Of a stretch of DNA of 64,000 nt, positions 38,155-51,604 are shown piece by piece. Numbering within the stretch: position 1 is the first letter of the stretch; each line of letters opens with the position of its first letter. The DNA is from the human T2T-CHM13v2.0 reference genome, Homo sapiens: assembly GCF_009914755.1 (NCBI RefSeq), contig NC_060931.1; one strand, 5' to 3'. The position numbers and the translations under genes were made by a program. Under the pieces are notes generated by a model that was given only the letters and a program-made list of their open reading frames with translations, was not told the DNA's origin and searched no databases.

Positions 38155-38860
38155 ATGCATTCATCATGTCAACAAACATTTATTCAGTGGCTCTATTATG
38201 ACACCCAGGGTGTTTAGTGCTGTGCATGTGTGATGAATTACACAAGGTCTATAATTTAAAACCATTTTTATTCTGAAATAGAAAGATCCATGTAGATAAA
38301 CTGTTATTGAACATTTTTGGAAGCATGAGATAGATAGCTCTGAAACAGAATGGGAGACTAATGGAAAATCTTCAAAATTAATCTTAAGTAATGAGTTGTG
38401 TAGAGGTAGTGTACAGATAGATTCGTAGAGTGGGTCATTTGAAATACAAGTGATTTCAACAAAGTCATGGAAGTGTGAACCATCCTGCACTTAGAGAACC
38501 TTTATTGTAATTTAGGATGGCTACAGTAAAGAGCAAAAAAGAAGTTTCTAGAAGAAATGAGTTTGGCAAAAGACAACCAGATTTTGCAGGCTCGTGTATG
38601 CTATGCTAAAGAGAGCAAAGGGGAGATAAAGTCAAGATGGCAAAGAGAAACAAAGCCATGAAAAGTAAGATAAGGAAAGGAAAAGCAGCTAATTCAAATG
38701 TGCAGAAGCCAGAATTGTAACTGAAGCACTAGCAAGGTAAAAAAGAAAAGAGAACGGTAGAGTTGTGGTTGAAATTGTGGAGTATGTCAGACAACGTTGC
38801 CAGAGAAGGATCAAAACAGGGTCAAAATCGTCTGCTTCAGATATTAGGCAGACTCATTAT
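38155..38860 (-). mobile_element. L2 LINE fragments, tail-to-tail with the preceding L2
   Basis: cattcatcatgtcaacaaacatttattcagtggctctattatg…; gtcatttgaa…; gttgaaattgtggagtatgtcaga. Confidence 0.6.
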
Positions 38861-39094
38861 TCTGGCTATCTCTTCTATTTTAACTATTTGCTATACTGTT
38901 ATCTGGATAACATGAAATGTGTTATGTTGCTGAACATAGGACTATTTGCATTTTTTTCCTAAAACAGAAGTCTGTCATGAAGAATTTCATAGAAAACCTA
39001 CTCTAAAAAACAATTGATATAATTATTGGCAATTAGTGTATAGATGGATTTAATTTCCGTGTTTCTTTTAAAAATAAGTTCCTATACCCTCAAG

Positions 39095-39315
39095 TTTTTA
39101 TTTGGAAAAAAATCAAATTGATGGAAAAATTTAAAAAATAGTACAACACTCATGAATACACCGTTCAACTACAATCATCAATAGTTAACAATTTATAAAG
39201 TCACTTTCTCTTCAGTTTTCTCTTCCTCTCTATTTACATGTATATTTTCATTAGCTGAAAATCCTTAGAAAATTAATGGAAGACTTTATGATATTTCACA
39301 CGTAAGTACTTCGCA
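39095..39315 (-). mobile_element. L1MC/ME 3' UTR fragment
   Basis: ttttatttggaaaaaaatcaaa…aaaatagtacaa…catcaatagttaaca…taagtacttc. Confidence 0.5.
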
Positions 39316-41470
39316 GGAAATTCCACAGGATGATTCCTGGTTGAGCTAGTTAAATAGTGAAATAGTTATTGGAAATGTTCCCCTGTAAATTATAGCTCTG
39401 GTTAAGTTCTTTAAGCTCCATCTTTCACTTCTTAACAGAAATGTATGCTTAAAAGGACTTTTTCTATGGCCCTTTCTAACATAGTTCCCAACTCTATCAC
39501 CTCATTATGCACTATCTCAACAACCTGATTTTTGCTTTGCCAACATTATTTATTTCTTACTTATATATTTCTTTTTTCTGTATATAATAATATGTCTTTT
39601 ATAAAGGAAAAAAAACCTTTGTTTTCTTCACCATTTTTGCATTAGGACTAAACTGACTTAATGCAAGACTCGGATTTAGAAACTACGTCTTCTACTTTTG
39701 AATTCACAAGTTTCTTTATATTTAATATCTTCATTCTATTTTCAATTAAAAAAACACTCAGGGCATTTTTGCCTTTTTGCCATTTTCAGAATTAAATTTT
39801 GGATTCTAAACAACAATAACTTCTAGGTCTTTTAATAACAATCAAAATTTTCTCACATATTGGCATATTATGAAATGATGAGATTAATTCACTATTTTAT
39901 TTTTAATGATTTTGTGTAAATTAAATATAAATAGGCAGTCTTACCACAGATGTTATTTGTGTTGGCTAGACATTAAATCACTGTATTTTGAATTTTTTAT
40001 ATAAACATTGAGATTTTGTTTGGAACATATTCAGGTAAACAGGAGCACATGGATTCTATTTTCCAGTGTAGAACTATTTGGAAAATCCTCTTAAGAACAC
40101 ATGCCCAAAGACCCAATCACTTTCCATTTTGTAAGGCTATAAAGCTTAAAGTATTTCCATAATTTGCAAGTGCCGCATGTAACTCAGTAGGGTTTAAAAT
40201 TAATGTTGCCTCTCAGATTTGTTTTTATAAGCACCTGAATTTGGAAATCTGTCAAGTGTTGTTTTGTGCTTGCTGGTAAGAAACATCTTGATTTAATTTA
40301 GCATATGTATCATCTAAAATGAACAACTTGCTATATGACAAGGTATCCTACGCGGCAAACGTATCCCCACAATAGCCTTGACAAGCCCATGAGCAGCATT
40401 TCCATTCGTGTTGTACTGCAATCAGAGATGACCAGAATTGATCACAGAGTTGCTGAATGAGCTTTGAGACAGCTTCCCTTGCATACTATTGCCTAGCTCT
40501 TTAAATCCCCCTCCCCAACAAAAGGAAATTAAAAACCCATAATTTATTCTTCAGGCCTTCTTATGTTTGGCAAGCACAAAAATTTAATTTTGTTGAGGTA
40601 AGCATGATTTTAGCATGGTTTTCAAATTATTGCTCTTCACCACTATAAACACACATATACTCATCCTCAATGAAAATATTCAGTCTTTCTTTCATCTGAT
40701 TTTAGGTGAGATCATTTTTTCCTCCCATTCAGATTATGACAATATGCCTTATCTTATTTAAACTAAAGTATTATTATTGGTGGAGAACTGCTGTGTATAA
40801 GTCACTATGCTTGGGGCTTATGAATGTGGTGGAATAACACTGAGAATAAGATATATAATCTCTGCCTATAGGAGTTCACAGCAAAGTTACTTCATATGCA
40901 TACACTTTTCATGTTTCAATATCTGCTGATGTCATTATAAAAATATGAAGTTCAGATATTACCTCAGACTCAGAAATCTGGCTGGCTTCTCTCTTTTAAG
41001 CATGATGGCTTACTCCTTATTCTACTAATATCTAGACACCAAACTCATATCCAATATCAACTTTACTAAATGATTCAATGTGCTGTTTAAAAGCTATTAT
41101 AAGTATATTGGTAGTTTATAAAAGCAAATGAGCAATGTTAATATTAATACATTAATGTTTACTCAAGAAGAGTCTATTTTTAGTAATAAAAGTTCATCAT
41201 AATAGGAATACGTCTTGGTACACTGGATAATAATGAATTGCTGAATATATATTTTAAGTCACAAAAAATGTCAGCATTTGAAACTTAAGATATATACTTA
41301 GTCTAGACAGAGAAGTGAAGAGAAGTTGGCTTAAAGAAAATGAATTTCATCACTAAACAAGCACATCAGAGCCTCGTGGTTGGGTAGGGCAAGTAAAAGA
41401 TTTCCCTGTTCATCAGTTCCCAGGTTGGAAGGATCTATGTCTCTGAACTTCTTAAAGAAGCAAGGATCTA

Positions 41471-41802
<332 letters not shown>

Positions 41803-43137
41803 CTAACCACCCATGAATTAGGAGAGAGAAGGAAAGCTCCTTCCATTACTGACTGCCAGTCACTGTTGAGTGGTTAGTCACATTTGCCTTGTAAGCAAAT
41901 AGCCTTAGTGATTCTTGTTTCTCTTCTTTCTGATATCTGAATCCTGATACCCCTTTAACTGAGTAAAGTAAATTTGCTTTTATTGTATAGCAACAGATAA
42001 AATGTTTAAACTGGCAGTGTTCCTGGGTTCATGGTTTTGAAAGTAACCACATCAAAGACAATCCTCAATCTTCTATATCTCATTGTGGAGAAGGTGAATA
42101 AACCTGACAGCTTCAAACGTCTATATTTGAGGAAGAGATAGAAACCTTAAGATAGACAGGCTTTTCCCCGTGCTTAATATTGTTTCTGTTGTAACAAAAA
42201 GGGAAAACAGACATTTTACTTGAATCTATGTTAGGCATGATGACACATGCTGATAATGGCTCATGAGTAAAAATATAATGTGAATGACTTATTCTGAAGG
42301 GGCCTAACATCCAGAAAATATTTTAATTCAGATAATATTGCTAATATTTTTCTGTTTTTCAATGTTTTTCTTGGCACTAGAGATACTGAGAGAGAAAAAA
42401 AATCCACTTCTGCCCTTGAAGAACTCAAAGTTTGTGGGATTTTAACAGGTATGTAAATATGTGCAATTTTAAAAGATACCTTCAAAAGGTCAAAAGGATA
42501 AAGAAAAGGGGGAAACTAACTGTGGGAATGGTTTAAGTCTGGAATGGGTTCTTGACATCCTGGATATAGGATTTTTTCTCAGTCATGGTTCTTAGACTTT
42601 TGTTACTACTTACCAGTTAATAAACACCAGCAAACTACAGCACATATGAATCAGTTTTTAAGTAGTATTAATGGAAGTAATTGGAAGTGGTGAATCATCC
42701 TACACCACCATCTTGCCTTTTTTGTACCGTAGGATATAATTCCTTTTGCAGAGTTATAATAGAGTCATATTTCTGCTGGTAAAAGTGTTTCCACTTCATA
42801 TGAGATAATTAAATATGTCAGTATTTCATGGTCTGTTGTTATGGCTATGAAAATCTCCAAAGAACACTATGACTTCCAGGTGCTTTTCCATATTAGCACG
42901 GGGCCAGATGATGTTTAACATGTATTCCAGCTCTATATTTTTGTAATTACTTGATTCACAATTAGGTATGATGTAGTCAAACTGAAATAACACATCAACG
43001 CAGACTTTCAATAAAATGACTTTTGAAAGTGACTTTCATAAAACTATTGAGGTATACTTTACATTAGATTTAACCTTTTACATTGCCTTATGCTTAAGAA
43101 AGATCACTAAATGATGGGTGAGGATGAGTAGTGAGGA

Positions 43138-43780
43138 TGTCAGTCAGGATCTGGCCAGGAAAACACACACTAGATAATTTAATAGAGAAAAAATTAAATA
43201 TAAAAATAGTTTTCAGGTATTAGACAACTAAAAAGGCAAATGGAGAATATTGAGGTATCACAGATATAGCAAATGAAGAAAACAGTTACCACTACAAGGG
43301 CTGGGAAAACAAAGGGAAATGGTGGAATTTGGACTGCAGACTAGAACTTGAAGGAGAGGCCTTGTCTGTGGTGCTGGGGCCCAGATGCTTGAGAGGAGAA
43401 CACTACTCAGCTGGTGCTTGTGCTTCAAGAGCTCAGATGAGAGCCCCTGTGCGATTGAGACAGAACTCTGTGGCCAGGGAGCCAGCCAATTGTTGCTGTA
43501 TTTCCAAAGGGACTCAATGAGGCTAGTTCTGGGAGTGTGACACTAAAGTAAAGAACCAGAAAAGGGTAAAGAACTATTGCTGAAGCAATGCTGATGGGAT
43601 CGGGAAGCAAACAACAGGAGTAAAATCCCTTTTCTCTCCCAGATTTCCCATCTCCCTCTAGTAAAACCTAACATGGAGCCACCTGGTAATTGAAAAATGT
43701 GTTTCTCAGAGTCCCACACTCAGCCTCACACAGCAAAGTACAGAAGGAAGCTGCAAAATAATAACTTTATAACCAGCACA
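43138..43780 (-). mobile_element. ERVL LTR (LTR41/LTR50-like)
   Basis: Minus strand starts tgtgctggttat…ctgtactttgctgtgtgaggctg…gggactctg…cacattt…ggctccatgttagg and ends …cctggccagatcctgactgaca. Confidence 0.7.
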
Positions 43781-46700
43781 GTGAAGTGGGGGGGCGGGGG
43801 GCGGGTGACAGGCATTGTAACAAAGATTTAGAGTACAAGTATACATTCAAAGGTAAAACTGGGGAAAATTGTTAAGCTATGAAAGCAAAAGCTGCACTTT
43901 TAAAAGCTTTATATTTCTACAAATGAACTTAAAATTACAGCTTATTTATCTTGCAGAAGAAAAAGAACATCAACTTCATTGTTATACTGAACAGTTTTTT
44001 ACTAGTCAGATATTAAGTAATGACAGTTAAGACCTACCAATTCTTTCTTTACATTAAATAAAAACTGAAGCCCTGGTACAAAGTAGTTTTTTTTTCTTTC
44101 CACAGGACTCACAAATACAGACATGCAAATACATACATGCAAATACAGATGCTTAAACAATTATTTTTTAATCTGATAATTTTATTTTCCAATATGGAAC
44201 ATTAGCAAATAATGGATATAAGTTTACAACATTTATTCCAGTAAGTTGTTTTGAGAATCAAAACCTAAAATACTCAGAAGATAAAATGCTTTTAAAAATA
44301 TATTGTCATTTAATGAAAAACAAAGCAGAACATAGAGGTTTTCTTATGTTAAAAGAAAAGAACTATTGAAGTAGAAATTCACTGAAATATTTACTTACAA
44401 CTTAGGTAACTCTGTGAGTGCAGTAAAATTTACACAATGTTATTGTATGGCTCTTGGAATGTTCCAGCTGCACTGACTGTTTAATTGATCTACCCATTTA
44501 TTTTTCACTACTGAAAAACATTAATTAATAAAAATACTCAAACTAATCATTTGAGCATTGTGTAGACATAACAGATTTAAAAGCTATTCTGTATCTCCCA
44601 ATTAATATAAGAATCAAGAAAAAAGTTAAAGTAGAAACTGTTAAATAGACAATGTTTGAGTAAAAAAAAAATCAATCACTATTTTTCCAATTTTATATAA
44701 CTAAATATTAAATAAAGATAACTATGGTTTATTTCATGTAAAATCGAAAAATCTATATCCTTTTGCCCAAGCATATTGTAGATTTTAATCTAAGCTATCT
44801 TAATAGGATAATATACTATTTTATAATTTTGCTCTTTGTTACAATATTTCAGTGAGGTTGGAACAATTTAAATATTTTCTTATATGATTATGCACCTGTT
44901 GAAACTTATGTTAAATGCATATTTTTATCTTTAACTTTTTAGTTTAATTCATTTTCATAGAATGACACAAAAATGTTGAATAAACTATTTTATGCCAGCA
45001 GCTTCTGATTTAACATTCAGAAACCCAGAAAAAAAAAACAAAACTTCTAAATTGTGCACAGGGATCATAGTCCTGAACTTGAAAAAACACTATAATTTAT
45101 ATTAAATGAATTACAGCTTTAATTATCATCTTGATGACTTCAGTCATTCATTCAATAATATTTTTAAACTAATATTTATATGGAGGACAGACAGGGTTCT
45201 AGGAGTCATAAGGAATTAAAAAATGTGTAATCCCAATCACCGTACATTCTCAAATTTCCAAGACATGTCAAATTAAAATATTTTGTTCCCATATGAGACC
45301 TGTGTATTTTAATATTTGGTTCATAAATATAGTCAACACAGTATAAAGCTTACTCCTTGCCCTTGAGTTCTTACAATTTAATGGGGCAGTAAATTGTGTA
45401 AAAGACTAAATGCCAGACAGCTTTCAAAATAGTAACCAAATTATTTTTTTAGGACATTAAGGGACAAACACATGAATTCCCAATGTCTTTATTACAAACT
45501 AGAATTCTTTTGAGCACTGCTGTTGGAATCTATAGTTTAGAGAATTGTCCTTTGCAATTGCTGTGACATTCTTCACTGTCTTAACAATCTGGTGGCTACC
45601 TTGTAAGCACTTGCCAGCTATTTAGTGATATACCTCAGGGGCCTATTGGAACTATTTTATATGAGAAGTCAGCAGTCTTGACAGCTAATAGAGCTTTCAG
45701 TGGCTGAATATGTCAAAGTTGTGACACCTGCAAATTCCTAAGATATTGCAAACTGAAAAATCTAGACAGGCAAATTAATGTCCATTATATGTAATTATAG
45801 CCTGAATTCCAGCTACCTTTTGGAATTCAGAGAGAGCAGCTGTTGCTGCTATATATTTGAAACCTTTTTCTGGAGAGAAAAGGAATATTTGTCCATCATA
45901 AACAGTCCTTAGTTTCTAAAATAAACATCTTGTTTCTCAAATATTTTGGCATAAAGTGAGCAATGAGTCATCAAGAAAAGATTTTCTTGCTCCTTTCTTG
46001 CAGATATTCTCCTGAATTGTGTCCTTGTCTTTCTGTTCTGTTCTCATCCATAGCTGAGAGAGGATTAGAGAGAAAATTTTTGCTTCCTGAAAGTGTCTTG
46101 TACTTAGTCAAAGAATTCTGTAAGTGATCTCATCAAGAGAGCTGTGAAAATATTGTTTATGATTATGAATTAAATATGACATATTGTCCACAAAAAGGTA
46201 ATATTTTCAGTAGATTTTGTTCATTGCGATGATGATTAATTGGCATGTAAGTTATTCCAAAGCAGGCGGATTAACTTCAAGGTTTATCAATGCTTTCAGT
46301 AAACTCAGTACATGAGACACAATTTAGAAGCTTCTAAATCCTCTGGTACTTGTTTAAAATACCTTCCTTATTTAATAACTTTTTTTTTAAAAAACACCGC
46401 TAATTATTTTAGCTAAGAAAAATAATAAAGATTATGTAGGAAAAAATCGATTTGTAATAAATCTTTTCTTACCAGAAAAGAATCTTATTCATCTACCTAT
46501 CTATTTTGTCATTTTTATTTGTAACTCTTGAAGGGAATTTTTAGTTTCTTTTCATCAAGTCACATGGGAAGTGTATAGATTGTCTGACCTCGTTCTTGTT
46601 ATTCTTTATTAATTCTCTTCATAACCTAACTTACCTTTTTAATAAAGTTATTGAACACTTTACTTTCTTGAAATAAAGTATGCTATTTTACTTGAACAAT

Positions 46701-49700
46701 ATTCTTGCTTTTCTTCTGAAAAAAGGCAAATTTTGTTATATTTGTTTTCACCCTCAGATTTTTTTGAAAAAGTAAATCAAGACATTTTAGCCCACTGGTT
46801 AAATTCTTCTTACTATTCAGGACCATTACGTTGTCATCTGAATAACTGAGGACTACCTTTAATGAGGTGTGCGTGCCTGGTTGCATTAGCTGCCTAACAG
46901 ATGTCTGAGTGATTAAAGCTCCCCTGAGTACCATAGCTTTGGTATTTCATTGAATCTCATTTGCTTTCTGACCTAGGAGTTCCACTGTATATTCCCAATT
47001 GATGCTTTATTTTTCCCTTTCAACTGTTAACTGGATGATCAAAGTAGTTTATAAATATCTTATTATCAAAGGTCATCTTCCTGGAGTTTGTACAAAATTA
47101 TTCCTTTTATCTTTATCTCCTCTAAAAAATTCCAGTGTCAATGAAACAAATAAAAATATTTAAGAATTTTAAATACCCTATTGAGAGCAGGTGGTTATAG
47201 GCGTACCTGGTGTTTTGTTCTGAGTCCCAGAATTGTTGCAAATACAAAGTTGTGCTATTGAACAAACAGACAAAATAATCTTAAATATCTGTAAAATATA
47301 GCCAGGCTATGATTTGGAGGTGTCATTGAAATATCCCCACTTCACACAAAGAGCTGGCTTTTTGGACCTAGTTTATCTGCTTCAGAAAAAGGAAGGGGTT
47401 GGTTGACAGGATTTAAACCTGTGGCTCCAGGCAGTCTAGGCACTCTAATTTGGATTCTCAGATCACTAAGCCAAGTGTTGTAGCTCTCTGAAACTCTGTA
47501 TTTATACATAGATAACGATTATACCAATCAAGTTGACATTCTAGCAATAAGAATTTCACCAAGCTTCACTTATACCTTCAAATGTGTTATTGTTTAATCT
47601 CATCATGTAAGTCAAGTTGAATGAAAGCCAGCCTTTCCTTTTTTTCCTTCCAATATCAACCATGGGTAATTTTATTTAGCTTTGTTTCTTGCATTTATAG
47701 ACTCTGTTCTCAAAAGACACTGGTACTAGTTTTGATGAAATACAATAATGCTGCTTTAACTATAAAAATATGGAAAGAAGTCACAGTTTTCTCTAATTGC
47801 AATAAAAATGATGTAGTATATTGAGATTGGTGTTTGTAAAGAAAAAGTTGTATAACATACATTGGGTGCAATTTTCATATTACATTAAAGGAAAAATCAT
47901 TTCAAAATATAGTCTTATTTAATCCTCCTTTTCATATTCAGTTGGCTCTAAATCTATCATTCCGCATATTTGACCTATAATACAAGCTAAAGAGTAATTT
48001 TCTGGGCATCTAAAGTAGATAAATAGGAAAATATATCTAATATTTTATATTATAATTATATTATTTGAGGTTGCTGTCAATACAGACATTCCCCTCATTA
48101 ACTTTATTCTTCATTTTACAAGATGTCTTAACAAGTTAATTCATTGATCATTTAATCTCTGTATAAAATTATGATAGGGAAAATGAGATAAGCATCAGGA
48201 AAGTTAAAAAAAGAATTTAATGGCAATTTGTAAAACATATACTCAGAAACATATATAGAAATCTTCCAGTTGAAAAACATATCCATTGTTTATAAAATAT
48301 AGTATTCAAAGTTTAATGTATATTGAATAAAGGTTCAATAAAAATAGCAGATAATGCTGAATACTTACTTGATATTAGCTATTTTATGTACATATATAAT
48401 GTGGTAAGTGAAGTAAAACAACGCTAACCACTCGTCTGTGCTCCCAGTTATACTAGATGGCAAATTAACCTTATCTCTAGACTCTGCATAGCAGAAATTT
48501 ATCAAGACATTTATATTACGATTGAACAGCTTCAAGTTTTAAGGCATTTTTAAAAGAATTTCTTCACTGAGGATGAGGCCTCAAGAAGTGACATTGCTGG
48601 CTCACTCTCCAGAGGAGGAAAAAAAGAGAAGGGTTGCACTTTGACCTTGCTGTCCTCTTTTTGAAGACTGTATACTCTGTTATTTTGATTTCTTACTGTT
48701 TAACTAAGGTGTTTATAAAATTATCTCATTTAAGGCAAATAATGGCAAGAATGTAGACATTATTTTTAATCATATGACTCCAAATTTGTCCTTATTTTTA
48801 ATATTTCATTTGAATAAAAGTAAAACATTCACAGGTAAAATTAGTTGTGACATACCTTGCAACCATACTCTATGTCTCCTGTATATCATATCATACATTT
48901 CTATCATACATATTCATACATTTCTAGACAAGTTGAATCATACTAAAAAGTCAAATATACCCCACCCCAAATAAGCTGGAATAAAAGAGATTTATATTAA
49001 GTGACTAAAGATGAATTTGAAATGAGAAAATCTAAAAAAGATATTTTTGAATGGATTGTACTCCATAAATGAACAAGTTAATAAGTAGAAGCTTTCAGAA
49101 TTCTCTTATGTGCAAAATATATCAATTATGGCTATTTCCTTTTAGATTTTTTACATGTCTCTCTATATAAGATATAAAAGTCACAATAATTGAGTAATGG
49201 AGGCATAGCTTTTAATTATGACAATATGTTAAAACATGAATTTCACTATAAAAATATATCTAGCTATTTATTTTGTAAGATGGTAGAGTATAAAAATAGA
49301 CTGAGTTATAAAATATCTAAATTTTTATCCAGTGTATTAAAATTCACTATCAACCCACTAATCCTACCTTGCGTTTTTGAACTATGAGTTTTCCAACTTA
49401 GGTACTGTTTACTTACTGAGTTGTCAGTAACTGCATAACCTTGTATTATACATTTTTCTATTGCAAAAGCTGAATTAACACTCTAATCATGCCTTACTGC
49501 ATTTTATTGAAACTCTCTAAATTAACCTTAAAGCTTATGTATGTGAATGCTTTTGATCTCATTCCTCTTTATGATTGATCCTACCATTGATTCTCTCACT
49601 ATAAATCAAAAAGCAACTGGCATAATTCCAGGAGTCTTGAATAACATTTAGTATTCATTTAAGTAGAAAATAAGCTTTATACTTTATCAAGTGGTGAATT

Positions 49701-49719
49701 ACTTCCGCTGCCTCATTGC

Positions 49720-49790
49720 AATGTACCATTATGCAAATGGCATTTGTGGAGTTGTGTGGTGCACAGCCTGAGCAGCTATACACACAGGCA
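49720..49790 (-). mobile_element. MER91-like hAT-Tip100 fragment
   Basis: aatggcatttgtggagttgtgtggtgcacagcctgagcagctatac resembles recalled MER91 (aatggcgccccctggagttgtgcagtgcacaacc…). Confidence 0.5.
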
Positions 49791-49879
49791 AAAAGCAACA
49801 AAAATAATCTGTGTTGTAGAGACTCAGTGTAAATATATTCATTCCAATTCTTTATTTTTTAAAGGCATTGCTATAACTA

Positions 49880-50085
49880 CAATAAAAACTAATACTGATT
49901 AGGACACTTACAATGTGCTTGGCATTATTCTAAGTATCTGCAATTGATTCTCTTAATCCTCATAACAATACTATGAAGCAAATATTATTATCCTAATTTT
50001 ACAAAAAAGGAAATTGAGGTACAAAGAGGCTAAGCAGCCAAGGTCAAACATCTGGTAAGCGGTAAGTATCCTGAGCCTCTTTAGA
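49880..50085 (-). mobile_element. MIR SINE
   Basis: cacttacaatgtgcttggcattattctaag…ttaatcctcataacaatactatga…tttacaaaaaaggaaattgaggtacaaagaggctaag…aaggtca. Confidence 0.8.
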
Positions 50086-50393
50086 TTGCCTTCACAAATG
50101 GATATCATAGGATTTATATCCTTCACTTTTTTCCCTCAATTTCTTAATTTATCTACATACTTTTAACCAGTACTTGGGTCTACTATTATCTATATATCAG
50201 TGGGATATTAAATAAATGAATGAGTGAAATCTGGATCTTTAATAAAAGTATTTCCTCTATGCTAGAGACATATACAAATATCCAGCTGCCTGCATTCTAT
50301 CTGCACTCCTTACAAACGTCTCAAATTGAACTGCCTCGGTTCTAAATGCATTATCTACCCCATCAGCAATAATGCCTCTAGTCTCTATAGAAT

Positions 50394-50873
50394 TGTGCTG
50401 TGTCAGAAACAGGCTCGCCTTTTTTTTTTTTTTTTTTTCAAAGAGCCTCTGTGAAAAATCTGCAAATTGCATTCCTCCTTTCCTAATGGGCTTCCTTGTT
50501 ATACATCTGTGAGTGGCAACACAGGATTTCTTAACAATCTGTTTGCCATTCCTGTCAGCATCATCCTAGCAGCAGCTGGTTCCAGCATCCTGCTTCTCTT
50601 GCACCCACAAAACCAGTAGCAGCCAGTATTCTCACTCAGGGATATAAGTCTCAGACCACAGAACCCCTTCTCTGAGCTTCTAGGTTCTGATAGCAGAAAC
50701 TGCTTCCATTTATTTCTCTCAGATCTAGGGATAGTAGCGCTTCCTTCAATTATATTCCTAGAATATCCTTTAATTATTCCAGCCTCTAAAACCAGTGTAA
50801 CTAACTAAATTAAATTCATCAGTTAAAATACCTAATGTGATTTCTGTTTCCTGATCAAACCTCCATCAATATA
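50394..50873 (+). mobile_element. ERVL LTR (LTR33/LTR50-like)
   Basis: ctgcaaattgcatt…ggcttcc…; end attaaattcatcagttaaaatacctaatgtgatttctgtttcctgatcaaacc. Confidence 0.6.
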
Positions 50874-51294
50874 TTCATGTATTAGAATTTCCTCTGACTA
50901 CCCCAGGAAGTTTTCCTTTTATTATTCCAGGCACTTTCTTTAGCCACTCTCGTTGCTTTTTCTGCCACATTCAACTGACTTCCCAAAACTACCAATTATA
51001 CTCCAGAATATCTGAAAAATCTGTCTTGTTCTTTTATTGCCAATCAAAATGCAGTAGTAAAGAGCAAGGAGTTTTGATTTAAAAAAAAAAAGGCATGGAT
51101 TCAAAATAACTACTGTTTTCTAGGTCTAAGCCTGAAAGAGACTTGATAGTTGCCTGGTTTAACATCAATAGCCCTAGGAAGTGCTAGTTTAGGGGAAATA
51201 CTGTGACTGTAACCTCACAGAACAGGCCACTGAAGGAATTACAATCTTTGCATTTTATTTCAGAATTATTCTTTTGTCCCTTTCTATTTTGCAG

Positions 51295-51604
51295 AGGCAA
51301 AGAGAAGGAAAAAGGGCAAGAAAATGAGGGAAAAAAAATAGAGGAAAAGGAAACAAAGAAACCAGTTAGAGAAAGAAAAAAAATAACAGAAGTAGAGGAA
51401 GAATTTTATATATGTATACACACACACACACACACATATACATATGTATTTCTGAATTTATATACCCATATATAAATATATATTCTATGTATAGTTTCAT
51501 ATATAAACACAGATGTGCATATATGCTTTTATATGTTATACATATTATTTTATACTATACATAATTTTAATACATTAGGAATATATCATATATATATATA
51601 CACA
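51295..51604. repeat. GA-rich low complexity followed by CA/TA-rich simple repeat
   Basis: Read directly from the sequence; explains ORF 51203-51475. Confidence 0.85.

Noticed and set aside
43138-50873. Two related ERVL LTRs as ends of a provirus
   Set aside because: Opposite orientation, clearly different sequences, and no gag/pol between them.
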